Source of the DNA: an uncultured Rickettsiales bacterium
GTDB taxonomy: Bacteria > Pseudomonadota > Alphaproteobacteria > RF32 > CAG-239
Direction: 5' to 3'
DNA: 64,000 nt
NCBI GenBank assembly: GCA_900551865.1
Contig: URXV01000005.1
Span: 29,535-93,534, forward strand
Shown here: positions 52,882 to 61,428 of the stretch, in pieces
How the letters are laid out: every line of letters starts with the position of its first letter
Position numbering within the stretch: position 1 is the first letter of the stretch
Program-made: the position numbers and the translations under genes
Notes under the pieces: generated by a model
What the model saw: the letters and a program-made list of their open reading frames with translations, nothing else
Database searches by the model: none
Told to the model about the DNA's origin: nothing

Positions 52882-54306
52882 TTACCAATCAAAATCACCA
52901 TATCTATCCGAATAATGGATGCGTCCGGTGATATTGCCTCTTCTCTCCGGTGCCGAATAATGGCCGGCTTCGTAGGTGCCTTCAAACTGATAAGCGACCT
53001 TGTCAAAGGCAAAACTGGCAGCTTTGCAGGCGCCTTCTGCTGCTATAATACAGCCTGCGCCGGCGATTTTTGCCGCGGTTTTGACGCCGAATCCGGCAGC
53101 TTTGGCAAACTTTTTCAGCGTTTTAAACTGTTCCAGTTCCTGTCCCGAAACGTTGCGGATAAAGTCGTTGCCGTAAATGCCATAGTTGAACGTGCGTTCT
53201 TTTGCCAGAAATTCCAGCATCTCGGAAGAAAAGTCCTTTCCCCATGCTTCGTAGACGTTGTCCGGCAGCAGGATAATGCGCTGTCCGCCGGGTTTGAAGT
53301 TCCGGCTGTTGACAATGTTCCGTGCGTCGAGCACGTTTCCGTCGGCATCAACCGAAAACAGCCTTTCGCCGCAGACATAACGGCGGCGGAGTTCTGTCTG
53401 GTTCTTGGCCAGCAAAATCGCCTGTTCAAACGGAATGTCCGCAAAGCCGACTTTCAATTCCAGTTCGGAAACGCCGGAATACAAACTCGTTTCGCCTTTT
53501 TCGCGGGCATAATAGCCTCGTTCAAAGCAGCGCAGTTTTTTGTCTTTGGCAATTTCGCGGTAATGCCCGTTGGCAAGCAGCGTCGCAAATTCGTGGAACA
53601 GCGGCTGCAGATTGCCGTAGCCGTTAAGTTTTCCCAGAATCGGGTCACAGTAGTCAAGGCTGACCGGAGAACCGTTCATCACGCAGTGGAACGGGATAAA
53701 GTGGTCGTACGTCTCGTCTTGCGCCAAAACCAGCGTTTCCACGTTGGCGTCGGTCAAAAGCCGCCAGTTTTTAGGGTTGATGCCGGGATAATCCCGTCTC
53801 AGTTTCGCTGTCTCTTCGGGGAAGAAACGGGCGGCGGCGTCAAAGTCAATCCTCATCCAGTCGCGCATCGGCGGCGTGCGGAAACGGTTGACCAGCGCAA
53901 TCGGGTCGGTTTTTTGCATAACGCGCCGTCCGTTGGCGTAGTAACAGATAATCCGGTCGGAATAAACCTTTGCCATCGGAATGTTGCAGGCAAAGCCGAG
54001 CAACGATTGCAATGAGTAGTTTCCCGCGTCAAAAACCAGCATATTGCCGATTTTCAATCCCCAGACGCGTTCGCGCAACACCAGCAGGTTTCCCTGGCCG
54101 GTAACGGAAACGGGCAGAAGCCGGGTCTTGGTTCCCGCACCGAGTTGCAGCGCCCGGTTTCTCAACGTATTGACAAGTTCCGGAGATTTGCACTCGGATT
54201 TGATGACGGCGGTATTGCTGGCAGCACGGTGAAGCTGTTGCAATTGCAAAATCGACTGGACACACATCCAATGTGCCTGAGCCAAAGTTAAGGCATTTTT
54301 TTCCAT
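52882..54306 (-). CDS. hypothetical protein, partner paralog P1 (474 aa)
   Basis: Paralogous to 55779..57287 (AVIKSECKSPE / AVVKSECSYPA; ERVWGLKI; NIPMAKVYSD / NIPMAKIYSD; C-terminal Y.EG.H.S.P.R). No known motif. Confidence 0.8.
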   Translation of the reverse strand: MEKNALTLAQAHWMCVQSILQLQQLHRAASNTAVIKSECKSPELVNTLRNRALQLGAGTKTRLLPVSVTGQGNLLVLRERVWGLKIGNMLVFDAGNYSLQSLLGFACNIPMAKVYSDRIICYYANGRRVMQKTDPIALVNRFRTPPMRDWMRIDFDAAARFFPEETAKLRRDYPGINPKNWRLLTDANVETLVLAQDETYDHFIPFHCVMNGSPVSLDYCDPILGKLNGYGNLQPLFHEFATLLANGHYREIAKDKKLRCFERGYYAREKGETSLYSGVSELELKVGFADIPFEQAILLAKNQTELRRRYVCGERLFSVDADGNVLDARNIVNSRNFKPGGQRIILLPDNVYEAWGKDFSSEMLEFLAKERTFNYGIYGNDFIRNVSGQELEQFKTLKKFAKAAGFGVKTAAKIAGAGCIIAAEGACKAASFAFDKVAYQFEGTYEAGHYSAPERRGNITGRIHYSDRYGDFDW

Positions 54307-54356
54307 AAAGAATAATTTTAAGGATAATTAGACAAAGTGTTAATAAAATCAAAAGA

Positions 54357-54384
54357 AGTATAAAATATTTCGACAAAAAGTCAA
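54357..54384 (-). promoter_or_regulatory. sigma70 promoter TTGACT-16-TATACT for P1
   Basis: Read on the minus strand. The -35 lies within the palindrome TCGACAAAAAGTCAA. Confidence 0.5.
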
Positions 54385-54456
54385 GTGCTATTTTTGTTCC
54401 TGTTCGTTCCGGTGCCAAAATCCACTCGTCCCGCAGAAAAAAGTTGCACAAGCGCA

Positions 54457-54485
54457 TTGACAAAAGCGTAAAAAACATCACTATA
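54457..54485 (+). promoter_or_regulatory. duplicated copy of the epimerase-operon promoter (TTGACA-17-ACTATA), now orphan
   Basis: 54452-54525 aligns with 57394-57478 (GYGCRTTGACAAA...AAAAAA...TCAC.ATA...GGAGAAT...TCGTCGG). Confidence 0.4.
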
Positions 54486-54523
54486 CCTGTATGGGAGAAT
54501 GTCTGTTTTGCAATCGGTTCGTC

Positions 54524-54626
54524 GGCATGCCGCCGTTTGACGTATGTTCCGGCAGCTTAAACTCCGCCGCTTTGGCTGTTCCTTCTGTCGACATCATCAT
54601 TGCTTTTAAAATAAATTTTTCATCAT
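54524..54626 (-). pseudogene. remnant of the first ~33 codons plus SD of a nitroreductase gene copy
   Basis: About 82 percent identical (hand alignment) to 51563-51663. Carries a 1-nt deletion and an early stop (MKNLF-stop). Confidence 0.75.
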
Positions 54627-54686
54627 ATCTCCTGAATATAATATTAACACTTAAAAAAAATCAGCTCTGCTGCTTGATAAAAAAAC

Positions 54687-54714
54687 TTGACAAAAAGCCA
54701 AAATTATCTAAACT
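54687..54714 (+). promoter_or_regulatory. sigma70 promoter TTGACA-16-TAAACT for J-domain gene 3
   Basis: Consensus -35 and a plausible -10. Confidence 0.45.
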
Positions 54715-54756
54715 AACGGTAATTAAAAATATTATTATAACTAAAAACATACGATT

Positions 54757-55674
54757 ATGAAAATAATTAATGCCATCCCTAATTGTGGTCTTGTAGTCTT
54801 AGCAAACACAGGTATGCTACAGGTATACAATTCTCTTGCCAAAGACTTAGTTGTTCTAATGATTTTATTTTTTTTAATCATAGTGTTATTGGGGATAAAA
54901 TATGTATTATTTACAGATGAAATCGGGTCACTAATCATCAAAGTCAAACAGAAGAAAGTCGAAGCAGAACGCCAGAGAGTCGAAGCAGAAAGGCAGAAAG
55001 TCGAAGCAGAACGGCAGAGAGCCGAACTGGAAATTCAGGAAAATCTTCGTCCGTACTGCGACAGGCTGATTGACAATTTCTGGAATGATTTTTTATCCGG
55101 AAATGAAAATCTGGAAGTTTTGACTGCCCGTTTGAAATTTTACCTGGAAGGAAGCGGATATAAAAATTGGTACGCGGAATTTTTCGTTCCCGTCAGTGAA
55201 AAGCTGAAAAAGTGCCGCCGGCCGCAGCCCTTAAAAAACGACCAGACGGCAAAAATGGAAGAAAACGTAAAAATTACGGCCGGTTACCGCCTGTTGTTTA
55301 ACGGCATTTTCCTGACGTCCGAACAGTGCCGGATTTTGTCCCGGTATCCGGAAGTAAAGGAAATACGTGGCAAAGAACTCGAAAAGTTATGTCGGAAGTT
55401 GGCCGAAAAAATGCCGGAATTTGCCGAATTCCGCGAAACGGAAGACGGAGCAGACACGCCGGCATCTCCCGAACTGGACGATTTTTATGCATTTCTCGGA
55501 TTGACACCGCAGACTCTGACTGCCGAAAGCCTGAAAAAAGCTTATCGCCTCAAGGCCGTATCGTGCCATCCTGACAAAAATCCGACAGCCGCTGCGGCAG
55601 CAGACTTCCAAAAACTGCAGGAGGCTTATGCTGCTTTGACCATTGAGTTAAACAAAACAGCCAAAGCCGTGTAA
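54757..55674 (+). CDS. membrane-anchored J-domain protein (paralog 3) with VEAERQ repeats
   Basis: TM VVLMILFFLIIVLLGI. KVEAERQRVEAERQKVEAERQRAE. Central block homologous to paralog 2. J domain FYAFLGLTPQTLTAESLKKAYRLKAVSCHPDKN. Confidence 0.85.
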   Translation: MKIINAIPNCGLVVLANTGMLQVYNSLAKDLVVLMILFFLIIVLLGIKYVLFTDEIGSLIIKVKQKKVEAERQRVEAERQKVEAERQRAELEIQENLRPYCDRLIDNFWNDFLSGNENLEVLTARLKFYLEGSGYKNWYAEFFVPVSEKLKKCRRPQPLKNDQTAKMEENVKITAGYRLLFNGIFLTSEQCRILSRYPEVKEIRGKELEKLCRKLAEKMPEFAEFRETEDGADTPASPELDDFYAFLGLTPQTLTAESLKKAYRLKAVSCHPDKNPTAAAAADFQKLQEAYAALTIELNKTAKAV

Positions 55675-55724
55675 CCGAGTGGTTACCACAGGACACGGCC
55701 GCCCGTGGTTTCAGTCGTTCTAAA

Positions 55725-55762
55725 CAAAAAAGCTGTTCCCCCTGGGGGAAACAGCTTTTTTT
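55725..55762. terminator. bidirectional terminator between convergent genes
   Basis: AGCTGTTCCCCC/GGGGGAAACAGCT stem, flanked by A6 and T7. Confidence 0.65.
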
Positions 55763-55778
55763 GTGATAAGACGGAAAA

Positions 55779-57287
55779 TCAGTCTTTGCCGTATTCAACC
55801 GTATGCTCATAAACGTGGCCGCTGTAAGCGCCGGTCAATAGGCAGTGCCTATCTGGCGATGAGAAGTGCGCGCCTTCAACATAAGATGTTTTCCAGGTCA
55901 CTTCCTCAATCAGCATCGCAACTTTGGTAAATCGCTTGCCAATCTCTTCAAGCGTCATCCGCCCATGCACGACATCGTCTCCGAGTTGCTTGACGTCAAT
56001 ACCGTCCACAATTTCAAAACCCGCTGCCGGTAAAGCTAACAAGCGTTGCAGCTCAATGCTGTTTTGTGCCGTATTGTCTTCAGGTTTTCCGGCAATATTA
56101 TCAGCGAACATGCATGCATTAAACCCTGTCCAATAATGATAAGCAAAATTACGCGGTTCTGCCAGTTTGTCCATAAATTCGGAAGGAAGTTTCTCTCCCC
56201 ATTTTAGGAACGTTTCCTGTGGAAGCAATACAATTTTTTCCGTGCTGCCGTCCTTGTAAAACACGCTGCTTGTGACATTGCGTGCGTTAAGCAGTTCGCC
56301 GCTTTCCGTCAGCGAAAAGAACTTCGTGCCCTCGGCGTATTGCCGGCGCAGTTTGTCCAAATCTGTGGCGCAGACAATCCTTAGCGCCTCTTCATAAGGA
56401 ATATCCGCGCAACCGACGGCCAATCTGATGTTCGTCTGTTTAGGAACCAAAATATCATCGTCCTTATCTTCCGTTTTGCGTTCATAACGAACTTGTTCAA
56501 AGGAACACAAATCACGGTTGTTCGCCAAAACGTCATATAGCCCTTTTTTCAGCACTTGTGCCAAAGACGAAAACAATGGAAGCAAATTCCCGTCCAATTC
56601 AAAGTCGGAAACCTTATTGCAGTTTTCCACCTCGCTGTTGTTCAAAATACAGTTGAATGGTAGATAGTAGTCATAATCTTCGTTCATAACTAAAATCAGA
56701 GATTTAGCCTCTGGATCTGTTAAAAATATCCGACGATTATCATGAGCTGAAATCAGCCACTGCGATAAATTCATCTGCTCAAGCTCCCGTGGAAAAAGTT
56801 GCCGCGCCTGTCTGGCTGTGATACGCCTCCAGCTGGCGAGCGGCGGACGGCGGAATTTGTTGACGTAACAAATTCTCGCTGCTTTGCAAAGTTTCCTTGA
56901 ACCGTCGCTGTAATATTCAATGGCGTAATCCGAATAGATTTTTGCCATCGGTATGTTCAGCGCGATAGACATCAGGTCTCTGAGAGAATACTTTTCCATG
57001 TCAAAAATCAGGCGGTTATTAATTTTCAATCCCCAGACGCGTTCGGAAAAAATTTTAACCGTTACCGGATTGCCAACCGAATCGATGGTAGAAAATTTTG
57101 ATTGCCGTGTTTTTGACGGAAGCAGGGCAGCTTTTTTACGCAAAGCTCCGACAACTGCGGGATAAGAACACTCTGACTTCACGACAGCAATGTTGCTTTG
57201 GTCGTTAAAGTTGTACTGGTTAAACAAATTAAACACAGCCAAAAAACACGCTTCGTGCATCTTGGCGAGAGACATCGTTTTTTCCAT
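55779..57287 (-). CDS. hypothetical protein, partner paralog P2 (502 aa)
   Basis: Paralog of 52882..54306. Shares the same SD-less leader CTTAAAATTATTCTTTATGGAAAAA. Confidence 0.8.
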   Translation of the reverse strand: MEKTMSLAKMHEACFLAVFNLFNQYNFNDQSNIAVVKSECSYPAVVGALRKKAALLPSKTRQSKFSTIDSVGNPVTVKIFSERVWGLKINNRLIFDMEKYSLRDLMSIALNIPMAKIYSDYAIEYYSDGSRKLCKAARICYVNKFRRPPLASWRRITARQARQLFPRELEQMNLSQWLISAHDNRRIFLTDPEAKSLILVMNEDYDYYLPFNCILNNSEVENCNKVSDFELDGNLLPLFSSLAQVLKKGLYDVLANNRDLCSFEQVRYERKTEDKDDDILVPKQTNIRLAVGCADIPYEEALRIVCATDLDKLRRQYAEGTKFFSLTESGELLNARNVTSSVFYKDGSTEKIVLLPQETFLKWGEKLPSEFMDKLAEPRNFAYHYWTGFNACMFADNIAGKPEDNTAQNSIELQRLLALPAAGFEIVDGIDVKQLGDDVVHGRMTLEEIGKRFTKVAMLIEEVTWKTSYVEGAHFSSPDRHCLLTGAYSGHVYEHTVEYGKD

Positions 57288-57338
57288 AAAGAATAATTTT
57301 AAGAATTAAAAAACATAAATTTATAAAATAACAGCCTG

Positions 57339-57366
57339 ATTATATCCAAAATAGCAAAAGAGTCAA
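57339..57366 (-). promoter_or_regulatory. sigma70 promoter TTGACT-16-TATAAT for P2
   Basis: Read on the minus strand. Confidence 0.5.
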
Positions 57367-57398
57367 TACTTTTGTCTAAAAAAACTTTAACATGTGCG

Positions 57399-57427
57399 TT
57401 GACAAACGTTCAAAAAAGCGTCACAAT
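57399..57427 (+). promoter_or_regulatory. sigma70 promoter TTGACA-17-CACAAT upstream of 57513
   Basis: Consensus -35, followed by an ~85-nt leader ending in GGAGAAGAAGAAATG. Confidence 0.45.
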
Positions 57428-57512
57428 AACTTCTATAGGAGAATACAACCGCGCACGACGCTCATAACCGCTCGTCGGAAAAGCAAAAGCGCAAGGACAG
57501 GGAGAAGAAGAA

Positions 57513-58193
57513 ATGGAGCAGAAAGTCTGTTTGATAACCGGAGCAACGGGATTTGTCGGGCAGTATATTCTGAACGAACTGATTGCATCGGGACGCAAGG
57601 TTTTGGCTTTGGGTGATTCCGAAGACGCTTTCAGCCCTCTGGCTGCCAACAACCGCCTGATAAAGGCGACGTCCGCGCTGCCCATCTCCGCCGCGGCGTT
57701 TAAGGAATACAACGTGCAGTTTTGTTTTGGCGACATTGCCGACATTTCTTTTCTGGCTTCAATATTCAATACCGCCGCCAAAAGCGGGATAGAAATTGAG
57801 TTCGTCCTCCATCTGGCCGCCGTCCGGAAAGGGCGTCAGGCCGTAAGCGGCGACGGCACCGCCAACCTGCTGGAAGTCTGCCGCGCCTACTGGCAGAGCA
57901 ATCCCGATACGTTCAAGGGCTTTTTCTACGCCGCGGGCGAGGGGGATTTGATCCGTAAATTCTCGCAGAAAGACGGCTTTCCCGTTAAATTCTACCAGCT
58001 GCGCCCCAGCTTTGCCGAAAACGGCGGCAAATCCGGCGCCGGCGAAAATCTGTATCGCCTGTTTACGCCGGTGGACATTCCGTTTCTGAAAAAGTATCAG
58101 AGCCGCAGCGTCGGCAAAAGCGCGCCGGTCAGCGACAACGATTATATCCGCGAACTGTCGCAGGCCGTCGGGCGTTTGCTGAACAATATATAA
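57513..58193 (+). CDS. degenerate NAD-dependent epimerase/dehydratase paralog (Rossmann N-terminus kept, catalytic region missing)
   Basis: ITGATGFVGQ and the first ~95 aa align with 59619..60719. STDKVYGE and the Y-x3-K segment are replaced or deleted. Confidence 0.7.
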   Translation: MEQKVCLITGATGFVGQYILNELIASGRKVLALGDSEDAFSPLAANNRLIKATSALPISAAAFKEYNVQFCFGDIADISFLASIFNTAAKSGIEIEFVLHLAAVRKGRQAVSGDGTANLLEVCRAYWQSNPDTFKGFFYAAGEGDLIRKFSQKDGFPVKFYQLRPSFAENGGKSGAGENLYRLFTPVDIPFLKKYQSRSVGKSAPVSDNDYIRELSQAVGRLLNNI

Positions 58194-58274
58194 GGCGGCC
58201 GGAAGCGCAATATATGAACGTTTCCCGGTTGAAACGCTTCAATCGGGAACGCTTCAAACCGGGTGGGAGTTATT

Positions 58275-58302
58275 ATATTAAAGATTTTTGACAAAAAGTC
58301 AA
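58275..58302 (-). promoter_or_regulatory. orphan third copy of the P-type promoter (TTGACT-16-TAATAT), antisense to 57513..58193
   Basis: Minus strand TTGACTTTTTGTCAAAAATCTTTAATAT versus the P1 promoter TTGACTTTTTGTCGAAATATTTTATACT. Confidence 0.4.
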
Positions 58303-58335
58303 ATGCTTTTTCTTTCGTTAATAAAAAATTAAGCA

Positions 58336-58364
58336 TTGACGCTCCGAAACGCTCCGGTTATATT
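58336..58364 (+). promoter_or_regulatory. sigma70 promoter TTGACG-17-TATATT for 58405 gene
   Basis: Read directly. About 40 nt upstream of the GGAGG SD. Confidence 0.5.
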
Positions 58365-58404
58365 TTTTTTCGTGAGTTGCAAATCTTTGCCGAAGGAGGA
58401 AAGT

Positions 58405-59604
58405 ATGAAATTAAGCAAAGTTACGGCAGAACTCCTGGACTATATTCGAAAAGGCGTGTCATCGTCGCCGCATACGGCTGTTCGCACTGTAAACGCGTTG
58501 GGCAGCGGACCGTTGGCATATCGGACTTTTGGTGGCAATATGCAGAATTATGCCGCTATTGACGAACAGACGCTCGAAAAGGCGTTTGGCAGCCACTACC
58601 TGCTGACCATGATTGCCCAGGGATTGATAATCCGCCGCCTTTTATATCCGGAATCCGGCAGCTGCCATACCCTTTATTGCGATAAGGCGATATATGGCTT
58701 TTTCGCCCGGCACGGGCTGTTGGACTGCGGCGTTTGGAGCCATGTCGATTACGAAACGCTTGAAAGGAATATTACGCCGGAAAATACCGATTACCGCATA
58801 TATTATTCGTATTCCAAACCGGATGCACTGTTGAAAGAAGCTGAACTGGCGGGGGAACAAGTCCCCGTTTTTTTTGTGGATACCGACCTGATTTTAAAGA
58901 AACGCCATGACGTGATAATTCCCGGTGCAGCTTCGGTCAAAGCGGCCTATTCGCATCTGGAGCAAATCGGCGGGGAATGCTATCCGCCTTTTGCGTCGCT
59001 TCATTTTCCCGAAGGCTGCAAACTGCCCCCGGTCAATGAATCGCTTCCTGCCGTCAATACCTGTCTGATGTTTTTTAATGATAAGGGGCTGCTCCGGGAA
59101 TGGGGACGTTTTTTCAAAGAACTTTTCATTAATAATTGGATAAGGGAAGAATTGTCGCCGGAAGTCATTTCCCGCCAGTTGCTGGGGATTGACCAGCGTA
59201 CTTTTCCGTTTATCTGCGATTGGCGCGGCATATGGGGAACGCCCGCAGTCGTGCCGTTTCTGGACATAATCTGGGAACCGCCGTTTTTTATTGACTGCAA
59301 AACCGGCCGCCGTGCCGAATGGCATTATTATACGCTGGAACACCATCCCGAACGCCCGGACTGGCATCAGGATATTATGCACACCTGGATTAACAAGAAG
59401 AATGTGGAGCGCGATGCTAAATTCCGCCGTTATCAGGGGCTGGTGATGCTGGAAATGATACTGGCTCTTAATCCCGAAGCCGAAAAGCCGCTGCGTACGT
59501 TTGCCAGCCTGCGGGAGTATTTCTCCCTTTATGATACCGGAAAGGGAATAGAAACCTTGCTGGCGGAAGGTGTGGTCTCGGCAAAGATGGATAAAAGCCT
59601 TTAA
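58405..59604 (+). CDS. hypothetical protein (possible GT-A-like, FFVDTD)
   Basis: ATG 58405 is preceded by GAAGGAGG. The TTG 58336 start in the ORF track coincides with the promoter -35. Confidence 0.7.
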   Translation: MKLSKVTAELLDYIRKGVSSSPHTAVRTVNALGSGPLAYRTFGGNMQNYAAIDEQTLEKAFGSHYLLTMIAQGLIIRRLLYPESGSCHTLYCDKAIYGFFARHGLLDCGVWSHVDYETLERNITPENTDYRIYYSYSKPDALLKEAELAGEQVPVFFVDTDLILKKRHDVIIPGAASVKAAYSHLEQIGGECYPPFASLHFPEGCKLPPVNESLPAVNTCLMFFNDKGLLREWGRFFKELFINNWIREELSPEVISRQLLGIDQRTFPFICDWRGIWGTPAVVPFLDIIWEPPFFIDCKTGRRAEWHYYTLEHHPERPDWHQDIMHTWINKKNVERDAKFRRYQGLVMLEMILALNPEAEKPLRTFASLREYFSLYDTGKGIETLLAEGVVSAKMDKSL

Positions 59605-59618
59605 CCGCGGAGGGGGAG

Positions 59619-60719
59619 ATGGAAAAAAGGATGAAAGTATGTCTGGTAACCGGAGCCACCGGTTTTATCGGGCAGCATATGCTGGCGGAACTGGCCGCAG
59701 CGGGGCGCAAAGTGCTGGCGCTTGGCAAACCGGAAGAAGTCTTCTGCACCGCCGTTTTACGGGATGCCGGGATTCGTACTGCGGCAGCGTTCCCGGTTTC
59801 GGCAGCGGCGTTTGCCAAAAGCGATGTACAGTTTTGCTTTGGCGACGTGGCGGACGGAAAATTTATCGAATCCGTTTTTGCTGCCGCGGAAAAAGGCGGG
59901 ATGGATATTGAGTTTGTCCTCCATTTTGCTGCCTGCGCCACGATTCAGAAAGCGCAGGAAAACGGAAGGGAAGCCTGGCGGACGAATTATGACGGAACAA
60001 GGAATGTCCTTGCCGCGGCGCTGCGGCGCTGGCAGCGGCACGACAGTTCGTTTCGGGGTTTCTTTTACGCTTCTACGGACAAGGTTTACGGCGAAGGCAG
60101 CCGCAATTCCTACCATGAAAGCGATGAACTGCGCCCGCTGTCATGTCCGTATGACGCCTCTAAGGCGCGCGCCGATGAACTGGTGCGTTCCGTTGCCCGG
60201 AAGAGCAGTTTTCCGGCGGTCGTATACCGCTTTTGCAATGTTTACGGCCCGGGCGATTATCACAAGAGCCGGATTGTTCCGGGGACGCTGTATCGCCTGC
60301 TGTATACCCAAACCGCTCCCGTGCTGAAGAAGTACCGGACACCGTCGGGCGGGGCGGAATCTTTTTACCGTGATATGATTTATGTCCGCGATTTAACCCG
60401 TGCCGTCGCCATGCTGCTTGACCGGCTGGAACGGGGAGGAAGTCTGGGGCGGATTCTGGGCGAGGCCTTTAATCTCGGAACGTCCAACAGTTATGCCATG
60501 GGCGAGGTTATCGGCCGGTTGTCCGAATATGCCGGCAGAAAAATCGCTCCGCGCGAAGAAATTGTCACGGCAGGCGAAATAAAGAACCAGTGCATGGATT
60601 ACGGAAAGCTGAACCGGGAACTCGGCTACGCGCCGCGTTACACGCTGGAAAAAGGGCTTAAGGAAACCGCCGCCTGGTATATAGATCATAAGGAGGAAAT
60701 TGATGGCCATTTTGTCTGA
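59619..60719 (+). CDS. NAD-dependent nucleotide-sugar epimerase/dehydratase (extended SDR)
   Basis: VTGATGFIGQ, HFAA, YASTDKVYGE and YDASKARAD (Y-x3-K). Confidence 0.88.
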   Translation: MEKRMKVCLVTGATGFIGQHMLAELAAAGRKVLALGKPEEVFCTAVLRDAGIRTAAAFPVSAAAFAKSDVQFCFGDVADGKFIESVFAAAEKGGMDIEFVLHFAACATIQKAQENGREAWRTNYDGTRNVLAAALRRWQRHDSSFRGFFYASTDKVYGEGSRNSYHESDELRPLSCPYDASKARADELVRSVARKSSFPAVVYRFCNVYGPGDYHKSRIVPGTLYRLLYTQTAPVLKKYRTPSGGAESFYRDMIYVRDLTRAVAMLLDRLERGGSLGRILGEAFNLGTSNSYAMGEVIGRLSEYAGRKIAPREEIVTAGEIKNQCMDYGKLNRELGYAPRYTLEKGLKETAAWYIDHKEEIDGHFV

Positions 60720-61428
60720 ACCTGGAAAAATTTTGATTACCGGGGCTACGCACGGTATCGGCAAAGCTGCCGCCGAATTGTTTTGTTCCCGCGGCTGGGA
60801 AGTGTATGGAATTTCAGGAAACGGGGAAGACGGACGCGGCGCTGCGATGGAAAAAACGCTTCCCGGATTTCATTACCGCGTTGCCGATGTCAGCAATGAG
60901 CCGGAAATTTCCGCTTTGCTCGGCCGTATCGGGCAGCTTGATGCCGCGTTTAACAACGCCGGCACGGGAATAGCGCCCCAAAAACTCCCTAAGGCGGATA
61001 TTGCCCGCGCCCGCCGCGTAATAGATGTCAATCTGGTCGGAACCCTGATATGCATGAAGCATGAAATTGCGCACATGCCCGGTTCCGGGGTGGTGGTAAA
61101 CAATGCCTCGCTGGCAGCGTTTAAGGCGGCAACCGGCGCCGATATGTCGTACAGCGCTTCCAAAGCAGGCGTTTTGGCATTGACTGCCGAAGCAGCCGCC
61201 AATCCGGAATTTGCCGGTCGCGTTTCGTTTTTTTCCATAGCGCCCGGTTATATTGAAACCCGGATGACAGCCGCTGACAATAAAGAGGCGCAGAAACGGA
61301 GACTGCCGTCGCGGCGTTTGGGACAGCCGGCGGAAGTGGCTGCGCTGGTATATAATATTATAACCAATCATTATGCTTTTACATCGGGACAATGTTTTAA
61401 TTTTGACGGAGGAGCGTTTTTAATATGA
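60700..61428 (+). CDS. short-chain dehydrogenase/reductase (classical SDR)
   Basis: ITGATHGIGKA, NNAG and YSASKAGV. 20-nt overlap with the upstream gene. Confidence 0.88.
   Translation: MMAILSEPGKILITGATHGIGKAAAELFCSRGWEVYGISGNGEDGRGAAMEKTLPGFHYRVADVSNEPEISALLGRIGQLDAAFNNAGTGIAPQKLPKADIARARRVIDVNLVGTLICMKHEIAHMPGSGVVVNNASLAAFKAATGADMSYSASKAGVLALTAEAAANPEFAGRVSFFSIAPGYIETRMTAADNKEAQKRRLPSRRLGQPAEVAALVYNIITNHYAFTSGQCFNFDGGAFLI

Noticed and set aside
54491-54760. 89-aa plus-strand ORF between P1 and J3
   Set aside because: It spans the dead nitroreductase fragment (read antisense) and the AT-rich promoter sequence of J3. It is an artefact.
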